DNA from: Antedon mediterranea
Taxonomy: Eukaryota; Animalia; Echinodermata
Assembly: GCF_964355755.1 (NCBI RefSeq)
Contig: NC_092670.1
Span: 6,624,201-6,688,200, forward strand
Length of the DNA stretch: 64,000 nt
Direction: 5' to 3'
The position numbers were made by a program, and so were the translations under genes. Below are positions 1-15,100 of this stretch, piece by piece; the stretch's first letter is position 1; each line of letters begins with the position of its first letter. Under the pieces are notes generated by a model. It saw only the letters and a program-made list of their open reading frames with translations. It searched no databases and had not been told where the DNA came from.

Positions 1-1915
1 ATAAATAAAATAAATTTATTGTCATATAAAAACATTTACATTGAAATGAATTGAATGGTTTCGGCTAACAACAAATAAATAGGACTTAAACTACATTATT
101 TATTGAAATTCTTGATTTTAGTAAAAACTAAACCTACTCTGTTTCACACTGTCTCAGATGATTAACAACATTATAAAGTATACTATTTATTGTTTGTCAG
201 GGCCCGCCCGTATAGGAGGAGGTGAGGAGGCGGAGTTCCTTTAAGGGAGGTGCTTATTCGAGGATACTTTAATTTTTTAGTTGTAATAATAGGGTAACAT
301 TTATAATCAAATAGAATCCTCTAATAGATATGAAATTGGTAAAAAGAATAACAAATGCTTGGTAAATTGTAAATAACAGTCCGATGAATTCTATAGTATA
401 ATTGTGTTATAAATATAATACAATATTGTGTTTTTGTTGTGTGTATAAATGTGGATGGGCGGTTCTAAGTGATATTTTATTGGAGAGGTATTGGCTGTTT
501 ATTCAAATAAATACCATCCTAATTGGTATAGTTAAAACATTATTTAGTTAGTTAGAAACTAACTTCCGTGGCACAGTGAGCCGTTTCGTTTCGGCCTAAG
601 AAAGAAGACGTTAAAAGGCTTGTAATGCGGGGAGGGGCGTACGCACGAAAGAGGGGTGGGTTTGGGAGGGGACTGGATTTGGGAGTGGGTGTCCCCCCCC
701 CCCATCGTGTCCCCCTCCCGAGCCTCAGTTTCCATTACATGTAATAACAATGTCACATAATGTAAATTTAAATAAATCCTTCCTAAATACTCTAATACGG
801 ATCTTTTTCGACGAACTAATAATAAACTTTGATCGAAAAACACTTCATTTGGTATTGCGGCACTCCGAAAATGCCTCGATAGTGCATGTGTTTAGTGTAC
901 GACTGTGCTTTGGTGGTCTGTTTAACCTCAGATATATACCCTATAGCCGGGTGAATAACTCAATGTAATTTAGTATACAATGATTGCCGTAATCGCCGTG
1001 TCTATAACACAAATCAATAAAATGCCAAATACGCCACACGCGTTTTTTCGGCCGTGTACATAGAACAAGACATTTCATGTTTATGTTATGCCTATGAAAT
1101 AATAATAAAAAAAGAACATCATGTTTCTCGTATTTTTTATCGTTTATACGGCAAACCATTATATAAAAAACCTTCATACGCAAGAAAAAAGTTCACGATA
1201 TTACACTCTACTCCGTACAGGGGTGTAAATATACAGGTCCGCGCTAACGCTTGCACACGGACCAGGGCGGAAAATGGTGTATATTTGGAGAGTGATGACG
1301 TCAGCATTCACACGAGGAGCGAGCTAAGACAACGTGATGCTGGTAGTGGGACTCGAGCATGCATGTGTTTTGAAAATAACTCAGTTGTGGGTATTTTCCG
1401 AAGATTTTAAATCGCGTTTTTTTTTTAACTCTTGAATTCATAAATAGTAATTAAACTCTTACCTCTTTCACTATATAAGTTTTCATTTATTATTATTATT
1501 ACTATGTAGGCCTATTTACAGAACTATAGCTCTAGCCTATTCTTCTTAATTAAAATAGTCAAGTGCGTCGAATCCGCGTCTAGTGACGGTCGCGGGTTTG
1601 GTGCATCTTTTTTTCCCTTTAGAATTAAAGGGGGTGGCTAGCCACCATATTCACCCCCTAGATCCAGTTTTATGCGCGAAAAGAAACGTGACCAGACCCT
1701 GTTTTATGGTTAGGGCCAACCGCTTCCTTTTTCCCAATCGAACCCCCACCCAAACCAATTTAATCGACAACATGAACCCGGAAATGACTTCTACCACGTA
1801 CGATTGAAAATTTACCGATGAAATCAGAAATGTTGTTTTAAAACATTTTATAATATCTTCATAAGATAGAAATATGCAACAATATCATAATATTGAGAAC
1901 TAATGTTATCAAATC
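1..1915. repeat. Intronic ~1.9-kb composite repeat, duplicated at ~7049-9045
   Basis: Near-identical sequence at 13-1915 and 7053-9045 with several indels; short ORFs inside look non-coding. Confidence 0.85.
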
Positions 1916-2863
1916 ATTTAAACTTTCAATTGAGAGTAGATAATTATATTTGATATACTAGGCCAATGTATTAAATACAATTGTGTATTATGATTACAAC
2001 TACAGAAAATTCATTTTCCTGTGTAAGAGCCATGTTTTTTTTTATTGAAACGTGTGCACTTGAATTCTTGTATATACTGTAATTCTGATTCATAATTTGT
2101 CTTTTATATTCATTTCTTTTATTCGCAGCATAATATAACAAATGGTAACAGAATAACAAATTGTATTGTGTTTTTTGTACATAATGCAAACTAAAAAAAG
2201 TTAAAGTCACTCAAGCCATTCTTTAAAAGTCATTCCGTTTAACAATTTGTTGACATGTGTTCACAAATCTCCTTATATCAAGATCAATTCAATTGAAATA
2301 CGAATAATCAGTACTTAAGCATAGTTACATGTACTTTTCATAGATATTGAGGCTCCATTTTTTTATGGTAACTCTACCGTTGGTTGATTTCGACATATTA
2401 TTCTTAGCCATATCTATACGCTTCAAATCAGTGCAGACAAGTAACACTCATGGGGTGATCCAACTTTCTTCAGATATTTTTACTACAGATAATGTATCAG
2501 ATACTTAAAACCCGTTGTTCGCTTAAATGTAGAAATACACTAATCTAAGAAGTAATATAAAGTAGTAGTTTCTGAATCAGGATCGAGGGTTGCATCGTAT
2601 TGGAGGCACAGACAATTGCACGAGGATAATAATCTAACTTATCAGCCTGCACATTCTAGACGTTACAAAATGTAACTGATATAAAATAGGTGTTACTATA
2701 GTTTAATAATATATTCATAGAATAGAATAATTTATACTCATATTCCATAATAACTGAGACAAGAATGAACATTGTTGTCTCAGTTAATAATGAGGGAGGG
2801 TTTGAATTGGAATAATCCAATATATCGAAAGACTATCCATATATTATTATCAACATTGTTTAG

Positions 2864-3115
2864 ATCAAGAAGCTCCAGATATTTTCAATTGCCCAATGGA
2901 TTTGATTGTTGACACAGCAACTGGTGAGGCATTTGCCATCAATGTCACATGGGTTGAACCGACAGCTACTGACAACTCTGATGAGACTCCTATACCAGTA
3001 TCAGACTACACTTCTGGTGATATGTTTGCACTTGGTAACACAACAGTCCAGTACAATGTCTCAGATTCAGCTGGTAACTTTAATGATAGCTGTAGTTTTT
3101 TCGTCACTGTTAAAG
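2864..3115 (+). CDS. aGPCR exon, HYR domain (type A)
   Basis: tag|ATCAAGAA...AAAG|gtaag, 252 nt, phase 1-1; [37 protein letters not shown]. Confidence 0.9.
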
Positions 3116-6100
3116 GTAAGAAAAGAAGAAATTAAACTTTAGCTTAAGTAATGTGAATATGTCAAATGTGATCTAGTTTTAGGAGAAGGAGGATATACAA
3201 TAATTTAAATTCAGTAAATTAGCATAAAATGTTGAAAAGGTAATACAGTAGATCTTCTATTAATGGGACACCCTCGAGACCCCACACATTTTCCTCTCAA
3301 AATGCATATTCGTACCCATTCTATCTTGTCTGCATTGTTATTATAGATTTGGAGACACCATCTTTTAATGGTACATGCCCATCCAGTCCTTTGGAGGTAC
3401 CAACTGATCCTCCAACCGGCAACAGACTCATTGGGGAAATGTTTGCAACTGTGATCTGGACAATTCCATCAGCAACTGATAATGTAGGTGTTGTCATGGT
3501 TACAAACAACAGCTACCCTGGATCTCCAGTATATTTCAATATATCTTCTGATTATGACATGAATGTGGCATATGCTGCACAAGATGCAGCAGGCAATGTG
3601 GCGATATGTTCATTTTTAGTAAAAGTTGTGGGTAAGAATTAATTAAAAATAATATATAATCATTACGAAACAAGCCTGTAGAGACCAAACTGTAGTTTTT
3701 ACTTATTTTCCAGACTTAACGTATATTTTAGCTCTACTTTACCGTATTGAGCACTTTCTAGACGGTTACATTGAACCGAACATTTATATAATCATTATAT
3801 ATATTACAATAACTTATATCGTTCGAACAAATATTACCATACCATAAAAACATTAATTTTCTTCGGTGAATGTTAGTATATTTATATATAAAGTAAATGA
3901 TGGATGAAACTAAGCCAGGACTGTTTAATGCCTAATGTGACCACCATCTCCATATACACCACTATATTCCCTTCCACGCTCTAACCAGGCCCTACATTGC
4001 TTAACTTCAGTGATCTGACGAGAACCGGTGTTTCAACGTGGTAAAGCCGTATAATTCTCACATTGATCAATAGTAATAATCTAGTCTGTAGATTAACATG
4101 GCCATAACTGTTTGCAACTCATATCTGTTTATTTCATTATTAATATTATTATATATTATTATATATTATTAATATTTTATTTCAGACGAAGAACCTCCTG
4201 TCTTCTATGTTTGTGACAACTCAACTGTTTATATCAACAACACTGCTGGTGAAAACTTTGCACCATACACATGGATGGAGCCAGCTAATGCTGACAACAT
4301 TTTAGTAGATTCAGAGAGATCAACACCTAATTTTGCTCCAGGTCAAGACTTTACCATCGGAGAAAATTATATTATTTATATAAACTATGATACATCAGGA
4401 AACCAAAACAGTTGTAACTTTACACTTGTGGTTGTAGGTATGTTTCTGTTTCCGTTATTCCTTTACTTTTAATTAATTAATATTTTAAAGATATATAATT
4501 TTTTAAATACCTTGAATTAAATAGAGTTTAGTGGGATACGATAAAACAACATACTTGACGCAATTCATAGCGAAAGTACCCCTCTTGATTAATTATAATA
4601 CAAGCCGAACTAATCCCTATTGCTTGTAATTAGGACGTCATCCGTTGACACACTAACGCGTTTTACAATAACCAACCATTTTAATTTCTCAAATTATACT
4701 AAGATTCTTGGTGAATAATTTTACATTTGCCAGGTTAAAAAACATATTGGCACAGTTAAGTAAAGCTCAGTCACGATGTCCAGTTTTCCAAAAATTATAA
4801 TTTTCAAAGAATCTTTGAAATATTACAAAAGAAATTAAACTAATTTATTCTTGCTTGTATGTTTATTATATTTCAATAAAGTATTTTTTTTTTTTGTATT
4901 TCTGTTTAAAAAATTTTAAAATTAAGTTTTTAGATTATACTCATCAAACACAGTCCTGTTATAATTAAGGGACGGGATATATTTACTCTTTTCTACTCAT
5001 TTTGTGTGTAGATATTGAAGATCCAGCTATTGCCAATTGTCCAAACAATACTGCAAGCATAACAGATAATGGCAAAAATTACAGTAATATTACCTGGACT
5101 CCGGAGCCTACAGCTACAGATAATGATGGTGTTGTAAGTTTTGAAAAGACACATAATTCAGGAGATTTATTCTATCTTGGTGTTACAACTGTTAACTATA
5201 CTGCTGTTGACCCTTCCGGAAATGTAGCCATATGTTTATTCAATATTACCCTTACAGGTAAGATTTTTTCCTGCTATTAAATAGTCATGTCTTGCTCAAG
5301 CATACTGTATTGCACTGTATTGCACTGTAAGTGTTATGCTTACTGGAAGTAAAGCTTTGTGCTACAGAAAGTAATTCTCTGATATCTGTAACTAAGTAGT
5401 TCTATACTGCATAACTTAATATTAAAGACTACTACTATTATTATTATTATCATTTTTAGATCTAGAATCACCTGAGATAATTGATTGTCCAATGGATTCG
5501 ATTGTGAACACAACTGGTGAGGCATCTGTCTTCAATGTCACATGGATTGTACCGACAGCTACTGATAACTCTGGAGAGACTCCTGTACCAGTAGCAGACT
5601 ACACGTCTGGTGATAATATGTTTGGAATTGGGACCACAACAGTCCAGTACAATGTCTCAGATTCAGCTGGTAACTTTAATGATAGCTGCACTTTTGTTAT
5701 CCATGTTGAAGGTAAGAGTGTACCTTATATGACAAAATTAGATGTTATTTATTTATTTTTCATTTATTCAGGTATAAACACATTTACATTCCAATATGCA
5801 GCAACAGCTAAATCGGTTGGATTACAATAAAAAAAAAACAAGGCATAAAACAAAGCAAATTATAAGATTCGTGCTAAGTACGGGATTGTTGATTTTCTAT
5901 ACCTCTCAATACGGCATCAAATTGGTGGTTCAAAATGAATCCTACATTATTCAAAGGTGTTTTGAAAGGCTACGATTCAAAATAAATACGTCACAATGTA
6001 TTGCAAACTATAATGCATTATTCTTTGTACATACAACTGTCTACGTTCGTCTACAAAACACCAATATAAAACCATTTGAGCATATTAATCCTTTGAACCT

Positions 6101-9100
6101 CCTGGTACCTATTTAAACATTTCAGATCAAGATAAACGTATATAAAGCACTATTTCTACATTTTATTTATTAGTTCCTCGTACATACAACTTTGTATACA
6201 TTCAACATACACACACACACACATCAAAACGATGTTGAAGATATTGCTTTGAATAAAACAATTTTAGTTTTTATTGTATCAGACGATTAGTTTACCTACA
6301 TCTACATTTACAGGAAAATGTTACTAATATTTCTGATTTTGATACTTGGAATTTCTAATCTTTTTAATTCACAAAGTGAGTTTTTTCTTCCTAGTTAGAC
6401 TTTAATCAATATCTTGATCTGGTCCTGAGCATTTTAATGTTTGTAGTCATGTTCCAGAACACTTTATAATGTTTTGTAAACAAACATTTCTAATGCAAGC
6501 CAATGAACAAAAGTAGTTAGTTTTCATGGCGGTCACCTATGTTAAGTCAAACAAACCTTTATTTTTAGTGAGTCAAAATGTCAAAATGTAATAACATGTA
6601 ACCGTTCTACACGTAACACGAAAGAAATACAGCATCGACTTAGTGTTTGGAGTTGATGGCTGCAGACAGATAATATAGAGAGTTCAAATGAAATAGTTGG
6701 CTTATATATACTATCATTCCTATTAACGTTGGAATAAAAATAAAATAATAAACTTAGTTTTTTAAAAACTGGTAGTGGTCGAGCCTGATCTTCCCTTTTT
6801 GGTATAGTAACTCAGTTTGAAGTTAGGCACTTTATTGATTCCCTCGACTGGCTGTGGATAATAACACACAGATTAAAAAACTTGGGGAATCTTCAACCTG
6901 AATTGAATAGATTTGAAGTTAAGTTGTATCTAAATCTGAAATATCTGAATTTGTTTAGCAAGGAATAAGTTTAAATACAATTTATTTCGGAACGTACAAG
7001 GAGGACCTGCCTGCACTTAATAGGTTGAGAGTTAAGTCAAGTCAAGTCAAATAAATTTATTGTCATATAAAAACATTTACATTGAAATGAATTGAATGGT
7101 TTCGGCTAACAACAAATAAATATTACTTAAACTACATTATTTATTGAAATTCTTGATTTTCGTAAAAACTAAACCTACTCTGTTTCACACTGTCTCAGAT
7201 GATTAATAACATTTTAAAGTATACTATTTATTGTTTGTCAGGGCCCGTATAGGAGGAGGTGAGGAGGCGGAGTTCATTTAAGGGAGGTGCTTATTCGAGG
7301 ATACGTTTAATTTTTTAGTTGTAATAATAGGGTAACATTTATAATCAAATAGAATCCTCTAATAGATATGAAATTGGTAAAAAGAATAACAAATGCTTGG
7401 TAAATTGTAAATAACAGTCCGATGAATTCTATAGTATAATTGTGTTATAAATATAATACAATATTGTGTTTTTGTTGTGTGTATAAATGTGGATGGGCGG
7501 TTCTAAGTGATATTTTATTGGAGAGGTGTTGGCTGTTTATTCAAATAAATACCATCCTAATTGGTATAATTAAAACATTATTTAGTTAGTTAGAAACTAA
7601 CTTCCGCGGGACAGTGAGCCGTTTCGTTTCGGCCTAAGAAAGAAGACGTTAAACGGCTTGTAATGGGGGAGGGGCGTACGCGCGAAAGAGGAGTGGGTTT
7701 GGGACGGGGTGGGTTTGGGAGTGGGTGTCCCCCCCCCCATCGTGTCCCCCTTCCGAGCCTCAGAAAATTTTGAAAAAAATAGATGCTTACACACTGTTTA
7801 ATAGGCTAGAGCAACTGTTTCCATTACATTTAATAACAATGTCACATAATGTAAATTTAAATAAATCCTTCCTGTAATTTAGTTTACAATTATTGCCGTA
7901 ATCGCCGTGTCTATAACACAAATCAATAAAATGCCAAATACGCCACACACGTTTTTTCGGCCGTGTACATAGAACAAGACATTTCATGTTTATGTCATGC
8001 CTATGAAATAATAATAAAAAAAGAACATCATGTTTCTCGTATTTTTTATCGTTTATACTGCATACCATTATATAAAAAACCTTCATACCCGGGAAAAAAG
8101 TTCACGATATTACACTCTACTCTGTACAGGGGTGTAAATATACAGGTCCACGCTAACGCTTGCACACGGACCAGGGCGGAAAAGGGTGTATATTTGGAGA
8201 GTGATGACGTCAGCATTCACACGAGGAGCGCGCTAAGACAACGTGATGCTGGTAGTGGGAGCATGCATGTGTTTTGAAAATAACTCAGTTGTGTGTATTT
8301 TCCGAAGATTTTAAATCGCGTTTTCTTTTTAAACTCTTGAATTCATAAATAGTAATTAAACTCTTACCTATTTCACTATGTAGGCCTATTTACAGAACTA
8401 TAGCTCTAGCCTAGTCTTCTTAATTAAAATAGTTAAGTGCGTCGAATCCGCGTCTAGCGACGGTCGCGGGTTTGGTGCATCTTTTTTTCCTTTAGAATTA
8501 AAGTGGGTGGCTAGCCACCCTATTCACCCCCCTAGATCGAGATTTATGCGCGAAAAGAAACGTGACCATACCCTGTTTTATGGTTAGGGCCAACCGCTTC
8601 TTTTTTCCCAATCGAACCCCCACCCAAACCCCTTTAATCGACAGCGAACATAATACGCGGTACACCAACCGTGAGAACCTAACTCGTACCTTTATCCCTG
8701 TATGAATGTACGTCGATGCGTAGTTGCAAATGAATTTCCGATTTTCGCCTGGAATCTGAAAAATACACATTTTGGTTTCATTTTGTTTAGCCCTTCCACT
8801 GTACCTTCACATGCGCGGTCCGAAAAAAAAAAAAAAAACTTAAATGGCTATCGCCATCAACTGCAAATTTAAAACCTGGAAATTGCAAGGTGATGACTCA
8901 ACGTGAACCCGGAAATGACTTCTACCACGTACGATTGAAAATTTACCGATGAAATCAGAAATGTTGTTTTAAAACATTTTATAATATCTTCCTAAGATAG
9001 AAATATGCAACAATATCGTAATAGTGAGAACTAATGTTATCAAATCTACGTTTCGCAGTACATCTGAGATAGATGAGGTAGGTAACCTAGACGGACATTT

Positions 9101-12100
9101 GTCCCAAAGTTTTTCCATTACAGTAGTGGTCTGGTACCAAAAAGCAGATTGTTCTTCATTTTCTCTTACTTTCTTTGTGTTAATTTTGTTTTTCCTTTTT
9201 TTGTTATTAGATAATGAACGTTCAATTATTGACTGCCCCACAAATGTCACTTCAAATAATTACATCGGAGGAGTATCTGGACTAATAAATATCCAAACAG
9301 ACCAAAAAAGTCCAAATGCAACAGTCACGTGGGATCCTCCTGTGACAAGTGGCAATGGAACAGTGACTGTGGTGTCATCACCATATGAGTCTGGTGACAT
9401 GATTCCAATTGGAACTCACACAATCACCTTTACAGCAACTGATCTCTTTGGCAATAATGGAACATGTGACTTTGTTATCAAGGTGGAAGGTAAATTATTA
9501 AAAACCTATAAAAGTATTTATCGTAATATAGAACAAAAATAGTAATACAAGATAAACTAAACATCAATTATAAATGTGATTAAACCACGATAATACAGTT
9601 TTTTTTATAACCTAATAACAATGTTACTATGTAAAAACTAAATGGAAAAATAACATATAACATTAATCTACAGACAGAAAGTTATAAAATTATGTCATTA
9701 AACGCTTCTGTTTTCCATACTTCAGGAAGTATTGGCCGGCCGGCAGCCTTGTTCGTTTAAAGGCCTTTAATTAAGAACTATTTTGAGTTCAGCTTCTGTG
9801 AAGTTTCCTAGTTTTATTTGGAGGTTTTCTTCTATGATCGTTTTTATTGGTTCGTCTGACACTGTAGGAGTTTTGCCAAGGAGATTAGAGAAATATGTCT
9901 TCCATTTATCAAGGCGTTCCTGTTGACTATCTGCTTTGAGTTTTGCTTTATTTGATTTCTTTCTTCCACTAATGTCGTTTATTATTTTCCAAACCAGGGA
10001 GGATTGTCTATTTGCATGGGCATTGTTTATATCGTCGATTCTATCTTGGACATATTTAGATTGTTCAGATTCGTAAGTGTCAACAAGGTCTTTTTGAGCA
10101 TCAGCAAAAGACTTTTCGCTATCCCTCGTCGGGAAGGCGTTTTTTCTGATAGTGGCAGATAGTGTCTCGAGTATTTTGGTTGGATAGAGCTGACCAGTCG
10201 TAAGATAGTGATGTTGATTTTGTTGCTTTGTTAGCTAAGACTAAGGCGTATTTTTGTTGAAACAATCCTGTGATCTGAGCTCACTCCTTCAAACGTATTA
10301 TATGCCTCACTATTGACGATGCTGTTAATCCATTTCTTATTTACAAGCATATAATCGAGTTGGGCTTTCATTCCGTGAGGGTATGTATGTGTCCACAGCT
10401 TTGATGGTTTCTTTTGGAAATTGGTGTTTAGACTGATGAGATCATTTTCATCGGCGAAGTCTTGTAGATATTGACCGTTTCGATTTGTTTCATAGTGGTA
10501 AGTAAACAGATGATTTTCTTTTCCAAGTTGTACATTCATAACACCTCCCATTACCAAAACATTATGTTTAGGGATATTTCGAACAAGTGAAGAGAGGGCT
10601 TTGTAAAAGTCCTCAACATCATCCTCAAGGCTAGTGTTGGTTGGACTGTAGCACGAAATAACGGTTGTTGCAGGATTTCCGTTAAAAGAAGCAATGATTA
10701 TTCGAGGGAGGATCATTTCGATATTACTCAAAGATCTCTGGGCGTTGGGACTTAGAAGGATTCCAACACCACCGATGGAAGCAGTCATATTGTTCTTCCA
10801 AGCAGAAGCTGAGATAAATGTCCAGCCTTTGCCAACATCGTGGTTTTTAAGTGTCAAGTCATCGTGAAAGAAGCGGTGTTCCTGTATGCAGAAAATTTCG
10901 ATGTGAAAAGAATTGCAGAGGCAACGAGTTCATGAAGTTGATTTATGGTGTTCAGAGTTCGAACGTTGAACTTTGAGAAGGTTGTCGTCCTCTTACATTT
11001 TATAAAGTGTTATTGTGACTTTGTAGTTGATTTTTCGAGCACTGAGTCAAAGTCGTACCATCAGTAGAACGCGCCCCCTGGTAACCCGCGCGACTGGGGA
11101 TGCGGTATGTTGTGGGGTTTCGAGTACGAGTCATCATATTACTTTCGGTGGCTATGTACTACTAGGATACGCCAGGTCTCTAGCAGTGCAGTACTTCCTT
11201 TACAAAGTTGTTTTGCCTTTGCCGTTGTGCATGAAGCATCCGCCGCCAACGCAAAATGGAAACTTGGCCAGAATAACTATTTGTTGTTATCTACCAAAAG
11301 AATCCAACCATCATCCTGCGGCCAATGACTTCACCTTAACCCTGACAGGGCAGCTGCCGGGTGCTACGCCTTGCTGAAGGGCAACCCGTGATTTTCTCCG
11401 GGACTGCTTATCTTATATTCGCAGCTAACCTCCATATCTGAAGTCCGTAATCCCCAATCGGCAACATGGGGACCCGGTGGATGGGAGTCTTCTCCGCACC
11501 ACAAATAATAATATGTTAATATGTCTATTTTGTGCCTTATAGTATATCCATATAATACTGTATATATCTACAGTGTAGCATAGTTGAAATTACTGGACCC
11601 ACCTTTTATTCAAATTGTTTAAAGAACAGTTTCGGAAGATAATTGTTTAGCAACAACACATTAAAATGTTTAAGGAATGATGATACATAGTATCTAGATG
11701 CGCGCTCTTTTAAATGTGATGAACTATGACGTAAAAGATGAAAATCCGACTTTTTTTTTATTAAACTGGCCATATGATGACGTCACAACATCCGATTGGT
11801 AAAATGTTTACATGAATTCTACAATTCAACAGCTTCCAGAAGACTATCACTTTTTATTCTGACAAGTTAAAACATGTTGAAATTTAATGTAAAGATGAAA
11901 ATAAGTGATCCACGTTATTCAATGCTAGTATTTAAGCATATATCCACAAACTTTATTAAGATTAGGCCTATATGTTTAAGAATATTTGCTACATTTTGTA
12001 TTCTCTCTTATAAGATTGATATGATTTATGCTACGGTAGACCTAAGGTAAAATAAGCTTTCGTCACTGACATGAACATCCTAAATTTAATTGTAGATGCA

Positions 12101-15100
12101 ACAGCAGAATTACAATCAGAGACTACTAACTCAACGATGGAAAATGGTAAGTACAATCTTACAGCATTTGTATATTTCATAAATTAATCACATTAGTGTA
12201 ATGATTTTCAATAGAGAGGTTTCGCAATCTTACGAATACGATAACGAAAACGGATACGTCACGCACACGTATTCGTTTTCGTAAGCCATAAAAAAATCTG
12301 TTTCGCATGGCAACGAAATATTGAGGCGCGTCCAAAATATGACTGCGGTAAATTTGAGCGAAGCGCAGGTACGTGTTGCTTGGTGCTTGGCTGCCTAGGC
12401 CTAGCGTAACATCAAAGCGAGTGAGGACTTTAAAAACTGTTATTTATCTAAATTGACCTGGCATTTTAGTAAATTACTTAGTAAATTACTTTCAATAAAT
12501 CTATAATTATATTATAATCATGAATCATTCCTAATTCAAATGCAAAATGTACAAAATAGATCAAAAACTATACTCGTTTTGTAGTTACGAATATGACTGG
12601 TGATATTCGTCAACACGAATACGCTTTACAAATATGAAATGGGGATCAGCTCAAAAGTTTCACAAATGTATGACGTATCCGTTTTCGTTATCGTATTCGT
12701 AAGGTTGCGAAACCTCCCTATTGTGTGTTAATAGGGAGGTTTTGCAACACTACGAATACGATAACGGAAACGGAAACGTCACGCACACGTATTCGTTTTC
12801 GTAGGCCAGTAAAAATCTGTTTCGCATGGCAACGAATATTGAGGGCGCCGTTCAAATATTATGACTGCGGTAAATTTGAACGAAGCGCATGTACATGTTT
12901 CTTGACTGCCTAGGCCTAGCGTAACATCAAAGCGTAGTAGTTACAAATATGACTACTGATATTCGTCAACACGAAAACGCTTTACGAATATGAAATGGGG
13001 ATCAGCTCAAAAGTTTCACAAATATATGACGTATCCGTTTTTGTTATCGTATTCGTAAGCTTGCGAAACCTCCCTAATAACATTACCAAACGTATATATA
13101 AACTTTCTATACCATTAAGTAAACATTTTAGAAGTTAACAACCGATTTACCGAAATGTGTCTTTTATATATTGATACGTTTCTATTTGAAGGTAGCTGTG
13201 TAGGCAAATGTGGTAGGTGGGACAAAAACTGTTATTGTGATAACGCCTGTGAAGGACTTAACGACTGTTGTCCGGACTATTTATTGCTGTGTCAAAGTAA
13301 GTATTTACATTTATATATCCTTATATAATGTAATATGTAAATTCTTTTATTAAATTTCAAACCGCCTGGTCATATAGTGAAAATTAATTAATTATTCAAT
13401 TTGAAACGATAAGAAAACTACAGTTTCTATATATAAATTTACGTAAGGGCAAAATTCGGTAAATCGCGCCTTACTTCTAGAATGTTTACTCGATGGTATA
13501 TAAAGTTGGTTCGTACTTTCGGTACTGATTTTAAGCACCTGATGAAACCCTGTTTACTAATTGAATTAAGTTAGATAATTAGTTATTGACGATTAAAACG
13601 AATTTAGGTTCAACGATTTGCCCCAAATAGGGGTGTTTTCCGATCGTGGTATACACTGTCTAATGGATGTCCATCTTGAAAAATACCCGCCACATAAATG
13701 CGAGGAGGCTTCGCATTTTTCCTATTTTGGAATTTGTGTTTTGTATGTAACATTAGGGTTGAGGGATGGGAAAGTGGATAGGTGCAAAGAGGAACAAATT
13801 TTAAATATATTCTTTATCCACTCAGTAACGAAATATTTTTTTCATGTTTTATAGGCCTATAAATAATATACCTCTAAATACAGTAAAACATTTGCGATTT
13901 AATACTTTGTTAAAACTGTCACATCGATTGAAATATTAAAGTCACGATACACCACTACGACGTTTATATTTTTGGTAGTTATGAATTAATACAAACGTTG
14001 AGAAGGAACTGTCAGTATAAAGTTTATTTGTATATAATAATGTGTTTATATATTTAACAGTAGAGCCTATCCACAATCTCATTAATAAGTTTATTTGTAA
14101 ATATTTTTATATTACATCTAACAGTACGAACATTCACAGTAAGAAATGTTCGATTCAAATGAGGACCAAAAATAGTATTTACAGTATTGTTCAAGTTTAT
14201 TCTCAAAGGGCCCATATATTTACCTACCGTATGTGTTAAACCAAGGGCTCATAAATTTACCTACTTGTGTTAAACCAAACTCTACCAGACTGAGAGATTG
14301 GGATGTTCCATTCATCGCAATCAATACATTTGTATAATCGTATATTAAATCTATCAAAATAGTATTTTTTAAAGAAAATCGGCCTGTCTTCAACATTATG
14401 ATGCTGTACTCTAGCTGTTCAACCGGTTTTCAGCTATTAAAAACAATTATCGTAGGAGGAGATAGGAAAATGCGAAGCCTCCTCGCATTTTTGTGGCGGG
14501 TATTTTTCAAGATGGACATCCATTAGACAGTGTATACCACGATCGGAAAACACCCCTATTTGGGGCAAATCGTTGAACCTAAATTCGTGTTAATCGTCAA
14601 TAACTAATTATCTAACTCAATTTAATTAGTAAACAGGGTTACATCAGGTGGTTAAAATTAGTACCAAAAGTACGAACCAACTTTATATACCATCGAGTAA
14701 ACATTCTAGAAGTAACGCGCGATTTACCAAATTTTGCCCTTACGTAAATTTATATATAGATGTCCCTTGCTAAAAACTGGATATAATATGGACAACTCAT
14801 TACTAATTAAATTATTATATGTTAGATTAAATAAATAAATATGAAATCAATTTACATTAAAATGTAATCGATTGTCTTATTAAATATAAGTAAATTGTTG
14901 AGACCTAAATAATTACTTTTTTAATTTTCAAACATACCTTAATAATAATCGACTACGATAGGTGATAAGTCAACTTAAAGTCACATTCATGTTTTTTTAA
15001 ATACTGAAACCTTTTGAAGTATAGTAGGTTGGTTTAATGCTATTCTTAATCTAATCATGAAGATTAGTAGTTGTTTTTTCCCGTAGATTATTTTGCTTAC

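Noticed and set aside
559-1807. ORFs of 70-118 aa, repeated at 7597-8770
   Set aside because: They lie in a duplicated intronic repeat; indels between copies break the frames and no domain is recognisable.
2344-2375. HYR-like exon start (DIEAPFFYG)
   Set aside because: Similarity ends after ~9 codons and a stop follows; at most a disrupted exon remnant.
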